DNA of 64,000 bases from positions 2,408-66,407 of the forward strand of contig JBBREY010000001.1 of the NCBI GenBank assembly GCA_038225275.1, read 5' to 3'. Positions 10,438 through 18,640 of the stretch are shown here, piece after piece. The position numbers and the translations under genes were made by a program. The notes under the pieces were generated by a model. The model was not told the DNA's origin, ran no database searches, and saw nothing but the letters and a program-made list of their open reading frames with translations. Origin of the DNA: Chitinophagales bacterium. GTDB lineage: Bacteria; Bacteroidota; Bacteroidia; Chitinophagales; Chitinophagaceae. Every line of letters starts with the position of its first letter. Within the stretch, counting starts at the first letter, position 1.

Positions 10438-13194
10438 ATGATGGAAAATTTGATTTACGTGGTACCTGCAATGGGCATTGTTGGCTTGTTGTACACTTTT
10501 GTGAAGTATGCCTGGGTATCTAAACAAGATGCCGGTAACGACCGAATGAAAGAAATAAGCACATACATAGCAGAAGGTGCTATGGCTTTTTTAAAGGCTG
10601 AGTATAAAATTCTAACCTATTTTGTTGTGATAGCAGCATTGTTGCTTGGTGTAATGGGTTACACAAATGAAAATAGCCATTGGAGTATTGCTATTGCCTT
10701 TATATTAGGAGCTTTTTTTAGTGCACTAGCTGGTTTTATAGGAATGAAAATAGCTACAAAAGCAAACGTTCGTACAGCACAAGCGGCTCGTACAAGCTTA
10801 AGCAAAGCCTTATCAGTTTCGTTTACCGGTGGTAGCGTAATGGGTATGGGTGTTGCGGGTTTAGCGGTACTTGGTTTGGGTGGATTGTTCATCATTTTAA
10901 AAATGGTTTTTGCTAATGGTGCTGCTGTTGACAGTGTTGAAATGGAGCGCACCATCGAAATATTAACTGGTTTTTCTTTAGGTGCTGAGTCAATAGCATT
11001 GTTTGCTCGTGTTGGTGGCGGGATTTATACAAAAGCTGCCGATGTGGGTGCTGATCTTGTAGGTAAAGTAGAAGCAGGTATTCCGGAAGATGATCCTCGC
11101 AACCCTGCGACTATTGCAGATAATGTGGGTGATAATGTAGGTGATGTTGCAGGAATGGGAGCAGATTTATTCGGTTCTTATGTTGCAACAGTTTTGGCAA
11201 CAATGGTTTTGGGTAGAGAGACAAATGCAATGACTGATGCATTCGGTGGTATGAGCCCAATATTATTACCAATGCTTATTGCAGCAATGGGTATTATATT
11301 CTCGATAATCGGAACTTTCTTTGTAAGAATAAGTGAGAGCGCAGGTTTAAGTACACATAAAGTACAAAATGCATTGAACATGGGTAACTGGGGTAGTATG
11401 GTTTTAACTGCTATTGGGTGTTACTTTTTGGTAAATTTCTTGATGCCTGAAAGCATGGAATTACGTGGATTTGTATTTACAAAAAATGGTGTGTTTGGTG
11501 CAATTATGGTTGGGCTTGCAGTGGGTGCGTTAATGAGTATTATTACAGAGTATTACACAGCAATGGGTAAGCGTCCCGTAATGAGCATTATTCGCCAAAG
11601 TGCTACGGGGCATGCAACAAATATTATAGGTGGATTAGCAGTTGGTATGGAAAGTACCTTGCTTCCTATTATAGTTTTAGCCGCAGGTATTTATGGTTCT
11701 TATGCTTGTGCAGGTTTATATGGTGTGGCAATTGCTGCTGCGGGTATGATGGCAACAACTGCAATGCAATTGGCTATTGATGCATTTGGACCAATTGCAG
11801 ATAATGCAGGTGGTATTGCTGAAATGAGTGAATTGCCGGCTGATGTGCGTGAAAAAACAGATATTTTAGATGCCGTTGGTAATACAACTGCAGCGTCAGG
11901 GAAAGGTTTTGCAATTGCGTCTGCGGCTTTGACTGCTTTAGCATTGTTTGCAGCTTTTGTGGGTATTGCAAAAATTGACGGAATAGATATTTATCATGCT
12001 GATGTGTTGGCAGGTTTATTTGTTGGTGGAATGATTCCTTTCATATTTTCTTCGCTTGCTATTAAAGCAGTTGGTGAAGCCGCTATGGCAATGGTGGAAG
12101 AAGTTCGTCGCCAGTTTAGAACTATTCCCGGTATAATGGAAGGTACAGGAAAACCTGAGTATGATAAATGTGTGGCAATTTCTACAGAGGCTTCTTTAAG
12201 GAAAATGATGTTGCCTGGTGCAATTGCAATTGTATCTCCTCTTTTTATAGGATTTGTTTTTGGGCCTGAAGTGTTGGGTGGTTTTCTTGCAGGTGCTACA
12301 GTTTGTGGTGTGTTGATGGGAATATTTCAAAACAACGCAGGTGGTGCTTGGGATAACGCTAAAAAATCTTTCGAGAAAGGTGTTGAAATAAATGGTGAAA
12401 TGTTTTACAAAAAATCAGAACCACACAAGGCTTCTGTAACTGGTGATACAGTTGGTGATCCATTTAAAGATACATCTGGTCCATCAATGAATATTTTAAT
12501 TAAATTGATGAGTATTGTTAGTTTAGTTATTGCTCCTACCCTGGCAAAATTACATGCAGGTAAAATTGAAGCAAACAGAAAAGCACAAATTGAAACATTA
12601 ATGAAAATGAGTAATAAAACGTCTGGTGCGCCTGTCGGTTTAGTATCTGATACAAACGGCAACGGAGTTGGTACAAATACAGCAGTTGCTGCAAACACCA
12701 TAAATGCGGAAGGCGATTATGTTTACAATACTGGTGAAGTAAAAGTGATTGACTTACCAAATGATGCAAAAATATCTTTAGGAGTTGGGAGTGATTTATA
12801 TAAGATGCACGAGAAGATAAAGGAAAATGATGAATCGTTGCTAGATAAAAATACTTGGTTCACTTTACAGGATGTATATTTTGAAAAAGGAAGTAATAAA
12901 TTAAAAGCTTCTTCTGAAACTGCATTAAAAAACCTATATGAAATAGCCACATGTTATAATTTAAATTTAAAACTTGGGGGATATACTGATAATAGTGGTG
13001 ACAGTATAAAGAATGTTACTTTAAGTAAAGAAAGAGCAGAATCTGCTAAAGCAGTTTTAGTAAAATTAGGATTGAGTGAAGATAGAGTAGATTCAGAAGG
13101 TTATGGTGCTATGCATCCAAAATGCACAACAGATAATTCTGCTGAATGTATGGCACAGAACAGGCGAATTGATGTTAGGATTACCAAAAAATGA
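10438..13194 (+). CDS. hppA: K+-dependent membrane-integral pyrophosphatase (ion pump) with a C-terminal OmpA-like domain
   Basis: [49 protein letters not shown]; C-terminus YFEKGS...GYTDNSG...LSKERA...GYG...NRRID. Start MMENL at 10438. Confidence 0.93.
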   Translation: MMENLIYVVPAMGIVGLLYTFVKYAWVSKQDAGNDRMKEISTYIAEGAMAFLKAEYKILTYFVVIAALLLGVMGYTNENSHWSIAIAFILGAFFSALAGFIGMKIATKANVRTAQAARTSLSKALSVSFTGGSVMGMGVAGLAVLGLGGLFIILKMVFANGAAVDSVEMERTIEILTGFSLGAESIALFARVGGGIYTKAADVGADLVGKVEAGIPEDDPRNPATIADNVGDNVGDVAGMGADLFGSYVATVLATMVLGRETNAMTDAFGGMSPILLPMLIAAMGIIFSIIGTFFVRISESAGLSTHKVQNALNMGNWGSMVLTAIGCYFLVNFLMPESMELRGFVFTKNGVFGAIMVGLAVGALMSIITEYYTAMGKRPVMSIIRQSATGHATNIIGGLAVGMESTLLPIIVLAAGIYGSYACAGLYGVAIAAAGMMATTAMQLAIDAFGPIADNAGGIAEMSELPADVREKTDILDAVGNTTAASGKGFAIASAALTALALFAAFVGIAKIDGIDIYHADVLAGLFVGGMIPFIFSSLAIKAVGEAAMAMVEEVRRQFRTIPGIMEGTGKPEYDKCVAISTEASLRKMMLPGAIAIVSPLFIGFVFGPEVLGGFLAGATVCGVLMGIFQNNAGGAWDNAKKSFEKGVEINGEMFYKKSEPHKASVTGDTVGDPFKDTSGPSMNILIKLMSIVSLVIAPTLAKLHAGKIEANRKAQIETLMKMSNKTSGAPVGLVSDTNGNGVGTNTAVAANTINAEGDYVYNTGEVKVIDLPNDAKISLGVGSDLYKMHEKIKENDESLLDKNTWFTLQDVYFEKGSNKLKASSETALKNLYEIATCYNLNLKLGGYTDNSGDSIKNVTLSKERAESAKAVLVKLGLSEDRVDSEGYGAMHPKCTTDNSAECMAQNRRIDVRITKK

Positions 13195-13206
13195 TAAGTA
13201 TAAATT

Positions 13207-13248
13207 TAAAAAACTCCCCCGAAATTGTAGCTTCGGGGGAGTTTTTTA
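13207..13248 (+). terminator. Rho-independent terminator after hppA
   Basis: taaaaaactcccccgaa-loop-ttcgggggagtttttta. Confidence 0.88.
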
Positions 13249-13303
13249 TTATACGCTGAAGGCCAAATAATGTTTACTTAAAACTTAGTCAATTATCTTA
13301 TAA

Positions 13304-14230
13304 ATGCCGTTATTATCACTTTCAAACGTTTATTCCGAACCATTGCTTGGCAACTTTTCTTTAGAAAATATCAATTTTACTCAGGAGAAGATGGAGAAAA
13401 TTGCGCTTATTGGTGAAACAGGTTCGGGTAAATCAACCTTATTAAAAACCATAGCAGGATTAATTCAGCCCCAAAGCGGCACTATACTTTTTGAAGGAAA
13501 CAAAGTTATGGGTCCGAACTTTCAATTGGTTGGCGGGCAAAAAGGAATTGCCTATTTATCTCAACATTTTGAATTGTTGAACAATTATAGAATGGAAGAA
13601 TTGTTGGGTTATGCAAACGAATTTTCTGATGACGAGGCCAATGATTTGTTTAGTATTTGCCGTATTGATCATTTGATGAAAAGAAATTCTTACGAACTCT
13701 CTGGCGGAGAAAAACAACGAATCGCACTTGCACGTTTACTTATAACTAAACCTCAACTTTTAATTTTAGATGAACCATATTCTAACCTCGATTTAATTCA
13801 TAGAGATATATTAAAACAAGTTGTTGAAGATGTTTGTATGAAATACCAAATTTCGTGCATCCTAACTTCTCATGAGCCTGAAGATGTTTTGCCTTGGGCA
13901 GATAAAATATTGGTATTAAAGAACGGAAAAATTGTGCAGGAAGATGCTGCAATTAACGTCTACAAAAAACCTATTAATGAATACGCTGCTGGGTTACTCG
14001 GCAGCTATAATTTATTAGACCAAAAAATATTTGGTGAAAGTATGTTACTGCGACCCGAGAGAATTTTAACTACAAATGACCTTTCTGAAAAATATACAGG
14101 GACAGTTATTGCTGTAAATTTTATGGGTAGTTATATAGAAGTACATGTTAAGATTGCTACCCAAACAATCAAAATAAAAACAACAAACACAGATATATTT
14201 ATAGGTGATAAAATTGGGATTTATTTTTAA
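13304..14230 (+). CDS. ABC transporter ATP-binding protein (FbpC/PotA-like, C-terminal TOBE-like region)
   Basis: Walker A GETGSGKS, signature LSGGE, Walker B LLILDEP, H-switch TSH. Confidence 0.88.
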   Translation: MPLLSLSNVYSEPLLGNFSLENINFTQEKMEKIALIGETGSGKSTLLKTIAGLIQPQSGTILFEGNKVMGPNFQLVGGQKGIAYLSQHFELLNNYRMEELLGYANEFSDDEANDLFSICRIDHLMKRNSYELSGGEKQRIALARLLITKPQLLILDEPYSNLDLIHRDILKQVVEDVCMKYQISCILTSHEPEDVLPWADKILVLKNGKIVQEDAAINVYKKPINEYAAGLLGSYNLLDQKIFGESMLLRPERILTTNDLSEKYTGTVIAVNFMGSYIEVHVKIATQTIKIKTTNTDIFIGDKIGIYF

Positions 14231-14283
14231 AACTAATAATTTTTTTTGAACCTCCCTCTTTCCCCTAAAAAATAATTTTCCAT

Positions 14284-14325
14284 TTACGAACTAAATCGTA
14301 ACATTGCTATACGAATTAAATCGTA
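14284..14325 (+). promoter_or_regulatory. Two tandem palindromic operators (TACGA-N6-TCGTA) flanking a -7-like promoter element
   Basis: TTACGAactaaaTCGTAA (14284-14301) and TACGAattaaaTCGTA (14310-14325) flank TAacATTG (14299-14306). The second operator ends 3 nt before the blaI-like ATG. Confidence 0.75.
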
Positions 14326-14328
14326 ATA

Positions 14329-14715
14329 ATGGAAAAGAGTAAAAATATAAAACCCACAGAGAGTGAACTCGAAATACTTGCTGTGCTATGGGCAAATAAA
14401 GAAGCCACTGTAAGAACGGTGCATGAAGAGTTAACTAAAACGAAAGATGCTGGATATACTACAACCCTAAAACTAATGCAGATTATGCATGAAAAAGGTT
14501 TGGTAACCAGAAATACAGAAAGCAAAACCCATATTTATATCCCTGCAATTGACAAACAAAAAACCCAGTTGCAAATTGTAAATAAAATGGTCAGTAGCTT
14601 GTTTGCAGGTTCGCCGGTAGATATGGTAATGCAGGCCTTGGGTAGCAATAAAACAACAGTGGCAGAATTAAAACAAATTGAGACGTTAATAGAAACCTTA
14701 AAAGCAAAAAAATAA
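14329..14715 (+). CDS. BlaI/MecI/CopY family transcriptional repressor
   Basis: PTESELEILAVLW...ATVRTVHE...YTTTLKLMQIMHEKGLV. Confidence 0.93.
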   Translation: MEKSKNIKPTESELEILAVLWANKEATVRTVHEELTKTKDAGYTTTLKLMQIMHEKGLVTRNTESKTHIYIPAIDKQKTQLQIVNKMVSSLFAGSPVDMVMQALGSNKTTVAELKQIETLIETLKAKK

Positions 14716-14727
14716 AAGCTTAAAAGA

Positions 14728-16113
14728 ATGAATTTCTTTTACTCCTTTTTAGAGACACTTTTACACAGCTATTGGCAGGCTGGGTTGCTTTTGTGTATTT
14801 ATTTTTTGATTACCAATATTGAAAAACAAATTCATCCTTTAGAGAAAAGAAATTTTCTCTACCTCTTGCTTCTCTCTCAATTAAGTATTTCTATTTTTAC
14901 ATTTTTAAGCTTTGTTAATGGTAACAGTTTTGCTTTAACCATAGGATTAACAAATTCATTTAAGCAACCCCATTTGCTTTTTTTTAGTAACTATTACGGT
15001 TTCATTTTTACCATATATATGATTATTGTGTTAATGAAGTTTTCACAAATAACGTTTCAATGGACAAGTTTCAAAAGATCTTATCGGGACAGATTAATAA
15101 AACCTTCTCCGGAATTGAAAGTTTTTACTGAGTATCATTCCAACCAACTTAGTTTACGCAGATCAGTTACTTTATGGTGTAGCAACAGCATTAAAACGCC
15201 TTTAACTTTCGGCTTTTTTAAACCTGTTATTTTATTGCCGATATCATTGTTAAATAACATCACTGCACAACAGGCTGAAATAATCATTTTACATGAACTA
15301 ATACATATAAAAAGTAAAGATTATTTACTTAACTGGTTTTTGTTGTTTATGGAGACCATTTATTTCTTTAATCCATTTATAAAAATAGCGACAGAAAAAC
15401 TAAAGCTTGAACGAGAGAAAAATTGCGATATACAAGTCCTTAACTATCAATATGGGGCTGTTCATTATGCCGAAACATTGTACGAAATAGCCAAAAAAAA
15501 TACCTTTTTGAAAAGATTTCAATTAGGTGTTTTTAAAAACAAATCGCAACTTTTCAAACGAATTGTATTTTTTTCAAATGATGGGAATCTGTATTTCAAA
15601 AAAAGTAATTATTCATTTTTACTTGCGATCATAATTTTATTAACCGGTACAATTTCATTTTTAATGGTTGGTAAAACTTCAATCGAATCTTCATCTACAG
15701 TTCAAGTTTTAACTGATGGCTTCAACGATGAGTATCAAAAAAATGCAATCAATGTAACTCCTATATTTAATGAAATTGCGTCAAGCAACGAAATTAAAAA
15801 ACCAAGAAGAACAAAGTCAAAACAAAGAGTTGCTATTCTTACTGCAAAAGTAACAGTTCAAGAGATCAAAGGCGGTAACAATGAATTTTTGTACACACCT
15901 GTAACACTAAAAGAAACAGCAGATAGCACCAAAGAAGTCATTTACTATTTAGAAGATAATAAAACAACTATTACTCAATCTTATAAAGTAATAAGCAGAA
16001 ATGGCACTTTAATTTACGAACCTCAATGGATGATTAAAGTAACAAAAGATACTACTCTGCCGAAAATAAAAATCGATTCTGCTGTTTTGAATCAATTAAT
16101 TGACATTCAGTAA
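14728..16113 (+). CDS. BlaR1-like M56 membrane metallopeptidase (antirepressor)
   Basis: TM helices, TPLTFGFFKPVILLP, HELIH zinc motif, FFNPF, EREKNCD; directly follows the BlaI-like gene. Confidence 0.9.
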   Translation: MNFFYSFLETLLHSYWQAGLLLCIYFLITNIEKQIHPLEKRNFLYLLLLSQLSISIFTFLSFVNGNSFALTIGLTNSFKQPHLLFFSNYYGFIFTIYMIIVLMKFSQITFQWTSFKRSYRDRLIKPSPELKVFTEYHSNQLSLRRSVTLWCSNSIKTPLTFGFFKPVILLPISLLNNITAQQAEIIILHELIHIKSKDYLLNWFLLFMETIYFFNPFIKIATEKLKLEREKNCDIQVLNYQYGAVHYAETLYEIAKKNTFLKRFQLGVFKNKSQLFKRIVFFSNDGNLYFKKSNYSFLLAIIILLTGTISFLMVGKTSIESSSTVQVLTDGFNDEYQKNAINVTPIFNEIASSNEIKKPRRTKSKQRVAILTAKVTVQEIKGGNNEFLYTPVTLKETADSTKEVIYYLEDNKTTITQSYKVISRNGTLIYEPQWMIKVTKDTTLPKIKIDSAVLNQLIDIQ

Positions 16114-16261
16114 AAATTTCCCTTGTTGAGTAAAATGTGTACTTAATATTTACAAAAACGAATTAAGGAAAATTTACAACTGAACTACGTTGGTCCCAAA
16201 ACATACTTGTAATTTTACACTGCAACGTATAATATCATTTAAATAACTGTTGCAATTTTAA

Positions 16262-16558
16262 ATGAAAAAAGCAGACCCAACAGAACTTTCCCTTATAGAT
16301 ACAGATAGAATTATTGAAATGGCGTGGGAAGACCGAACACCATTTGAAGCCATTGAATTTCAATTTGGCTTAAGCGAAATGGAAACCGTTGCACTAATGC
16401 GTAAAAATTTAAAGCGCAGCAGCTTTAACCTTTGGCGCAAACGCACACACAGTGGTGTAAGCCAAAAACACCTCGTAAAAAGAGTTGATGGAATAAATAG
16501 GTTTAAGTGCACTTTGCAAAAAACCATTAGCATGAACAAAATAAGTAAGAGGCGATGA
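16262..16558 (+). CDS. TIGR03643 (DUF2805)-like conserved small protein
   Basis: DRIIEMAWEDRTPFEAIEFQFGLSE...MRKNLKRSSFNLWRKR signature. Confidence 0.85.
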   Translation: MKKADPTELSLIDTDRIIEMAWEDRTPFEAIEFQFGLSEMETVALMRKNLKRSSFNLWRKRTHSGVSQKHLVKRVDGINRFKCTLQKTISMNKISKRR

Positions 16559-17673
16559 GTAAAAGAGTTGATTATAACTTTCCAACAGAATGGGAAAATA
16601 TTTTAAATAGAATAGAAAAAATTGACCCTGTTAAATATGCCCGAAGCCGCAACTTTATTGATGGTGACGTAACGTATTTATCACCCTATATTTCTCGTGG
16701 AGTGATTAGTGTAAAAATGGTAAAAGACATCATTTTTAAACGAGGTTACAAAATGTACGAAATTGAAAAGTTTATACAGGAACTTGCCTGGCGGGAGTAT
16801 TGGCAACGCATCTGGCAAAGTAAAGGTGACGAAATCTTATTAGATCTCAAACAAACCCAGCCTGATTTTTTACATAGAAAATTACCTGTTTCAGTTCTTA
16901 ATCACCAAACCCGCATTGATGCCGTTGACAATTACATTGAGCAGCTTTATGAGCAAGGCTACATGCACAACCATGTAAGAATGTATTTGGCCAGCATAGT
17001 GTGTAATGTTGGAAAATCACATTGGCTATTGCCTGCTCAATGGTTGTATTTTAATTTGCTTGATGGCGATATTGCAAGCAACCACCTTAGTTGGCAATGG
17101 ACATGTGGAAGCGCTTCATCAAAAAAATATTATTGCGATCAAGCAAACATCAGCAGGTACACGGGCAGTAACCAACGCAAATCTTTTTTAGCTGAAGATT
17201 ATGAAACCCTTGCAGAGATGGATGTACCGGAAGTTTTAAAGGAAACTACCATTCCTGAACTTGTTACAATTTTACCCGAAACAACAGCACTAAATATTGA
17301 TTGTACAAAACCAACTTGCATTTATAATAGTTATAATTTAGACCCTCTTTGGAGAAAAGACGAAGATGTCAATCGAATATTGCTGCTGGAGCCTTCGCAC
17401 TTTAAAAAATATCCTGTAAGTGAAAAAGTTATAGATTTTATTTTGCAGCTTTCCCAAAACATTCCCAACATAATAATATTTAAAGGAGAGTTCAAAGAAA
17501 TTAGTGGGCTTTATGAATCTAAAAAAGATGAAATAATATTTAAAGAGCATCCGGCATTCGTACACTATAAAGGTAGATGCGATAGCCGAGAGTGGCTTGC
17601 ACCATCAGTAACAGGAAATTTCAATTCCTTTTTTTCATTCTGGAAAAGAGCAGAAAAAGAAATAAATAAATAA
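16555..17673 (+). CDS. Photolyase/cryptochrome family protein with the FAD-binding domain at the N-terminus (inverted domain order)
   Basis: LSPYISRG, ELAWREYW, GYMHNHVRMYLAS, LLDGDIASNHLSWQW all within the first ~185 aa; ATGA overlap with the upstream gene. Confidence 0.82.
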   Translation: MSKRVDYNFPTEWENILNRIEKIDPVKYARSRNFIDGDVTYLSPYISRGVISVKMVKDIIFKRGYKMYEIEKFIQELAWREYWQRIWQSKGDEILLDLKQTQPDFLHRKLPVSVLNHQTRIDAVDNYIEQLYEQGYMHNHVRMYLASIVCNVGKSHWLLPAQWLYFNLLDGDIASNHLSWQWTCGSASSKKYYCDQANISRYTGSNQRKSFLAEDYETLAEMDVPEVLKETTIPELVTILPETTALNIDCTKPTCIYNSYNLDPLWRKDEDVNRILLLEPSHFKKYPVSEKVIDFILQLSQNIPNIIIFKGEFKEISGLYESKKDEIIFKEHPAFVHYKGRCDSREWLAPSVTGNFNSFFSFWKRAEKEINK

Positions 17674-17889
17674 AATTAAATTTACTTAAAACAGATAAAA
17701 GAATTCTACGGCGAGACCCTATTAACCTTCTGGCTTTTATCTAGGTTTTTAGCTTTAAAAAATAACCTTAACTGGGTAATATAATACCCAAGATGACCGT
17801 TATTTCATCATCAAATTACATAAATAAGTAGTGGAATAATTTTGGCACTTTTTTTAATTATAGAATGTTTTCAACCTAAACTTATTTCT

Positions 17890-18108
17890 ATGTTTAAAAT
17901 TATTAAAGAAAATTCAAGAAGATTTTCACTACTAATTGCTTCACTAATTGTATCTACTCTTTCTTTTGCGCAAGATAAAAAGATTGATGTGAGCATTGAT
18001 ACCAAAAGCGATAGCTCTAATGTGTTTATGCAACCATGGGTATGGGTTGTAGGAGGTGCACTGTTTATACTTCTACTTGTAGCATTACTAAGAAATAAGA
18101 ATAATTAG
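17890..18108 (+). CDS. Small exported protein with a C-terminal membrane anchor (72 aa)
   Basis: Signal peptide ending SFA-Q, short polar linker, PWVWVVGGALFILLLVALLR TM helix. Confidence 0.7.
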   Translation: MFKIIKENSRRFSLLIASLIVSTLSFAQDKKIDVSIDTKSDSSNVFMQPWVWVVGGALFILLLVALLRNKNN

Positions 18109-18125
18109 ATTTTCAAATAAAAGCT

Positions 18126-18160
18126 AAAGGCTGCATCACAAAATGTGAGCAGCCTTTTTT
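18126..18160 (+). terminator. Rho-independent terminator
   Basis: aaaggctgc-atcacaaaatgtga-gcagcctttttt. Confidence 0.8.
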
Positions 18161-18262
18161 ATTTTACTAAATTTTATCCTCTTTCCTTTGCCTGTAAAAG
18201 CAATATGTATGCTATACAATTGAATGAGATATGAACTGCTTACACACATTCAATGTTTAGGA

Positions 18263-18293
18263 AATAAAAACATCCCCTACCTCAAAGGGGATG
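18263..18293 (-). terminator. Minus-strand terminator-like hairpin
   Basis: CATCCCCT-N7-AGGGGATG, followed on the minus strand by TTTTTATTT. Confidence 0.55.
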
Positions 18294-18640
18294 CAATTTG
18301 AAAAAGCATAACGAAAATCCCCTAACGTTTTTGCTATTTCCTTTGGTATTGATTGTATACAAAGTCTATATTCGAAAACCATCAAATATTTCCACAAATT
18401 ATTTTTGATAATATCCGCATCTTTGCATTGATCGTAGTTACTTACAAATGAAAAATTTATTTCACAATAAAATAAAAACGTAACAAACTGATTCGATTAT
18501 TTTTCTGATAGTAAAATTGCTTTATTCATTACTATAAAACAATAACAGAAATATGTGATTTTTAAATCGGTGTACAGTCCCCTTCAGCTAATGGAAAATG
18601 CTGTTTAAGTTTAGGGGTAAAAATGTAATATTTTAAAACT

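Noticed and set aside
18448-18483. 11-codon ORF MKNLFHNKIKT after a CATCTTTG element
   Set aside because: Too short to distinguish from chance in AT-rich DNA.
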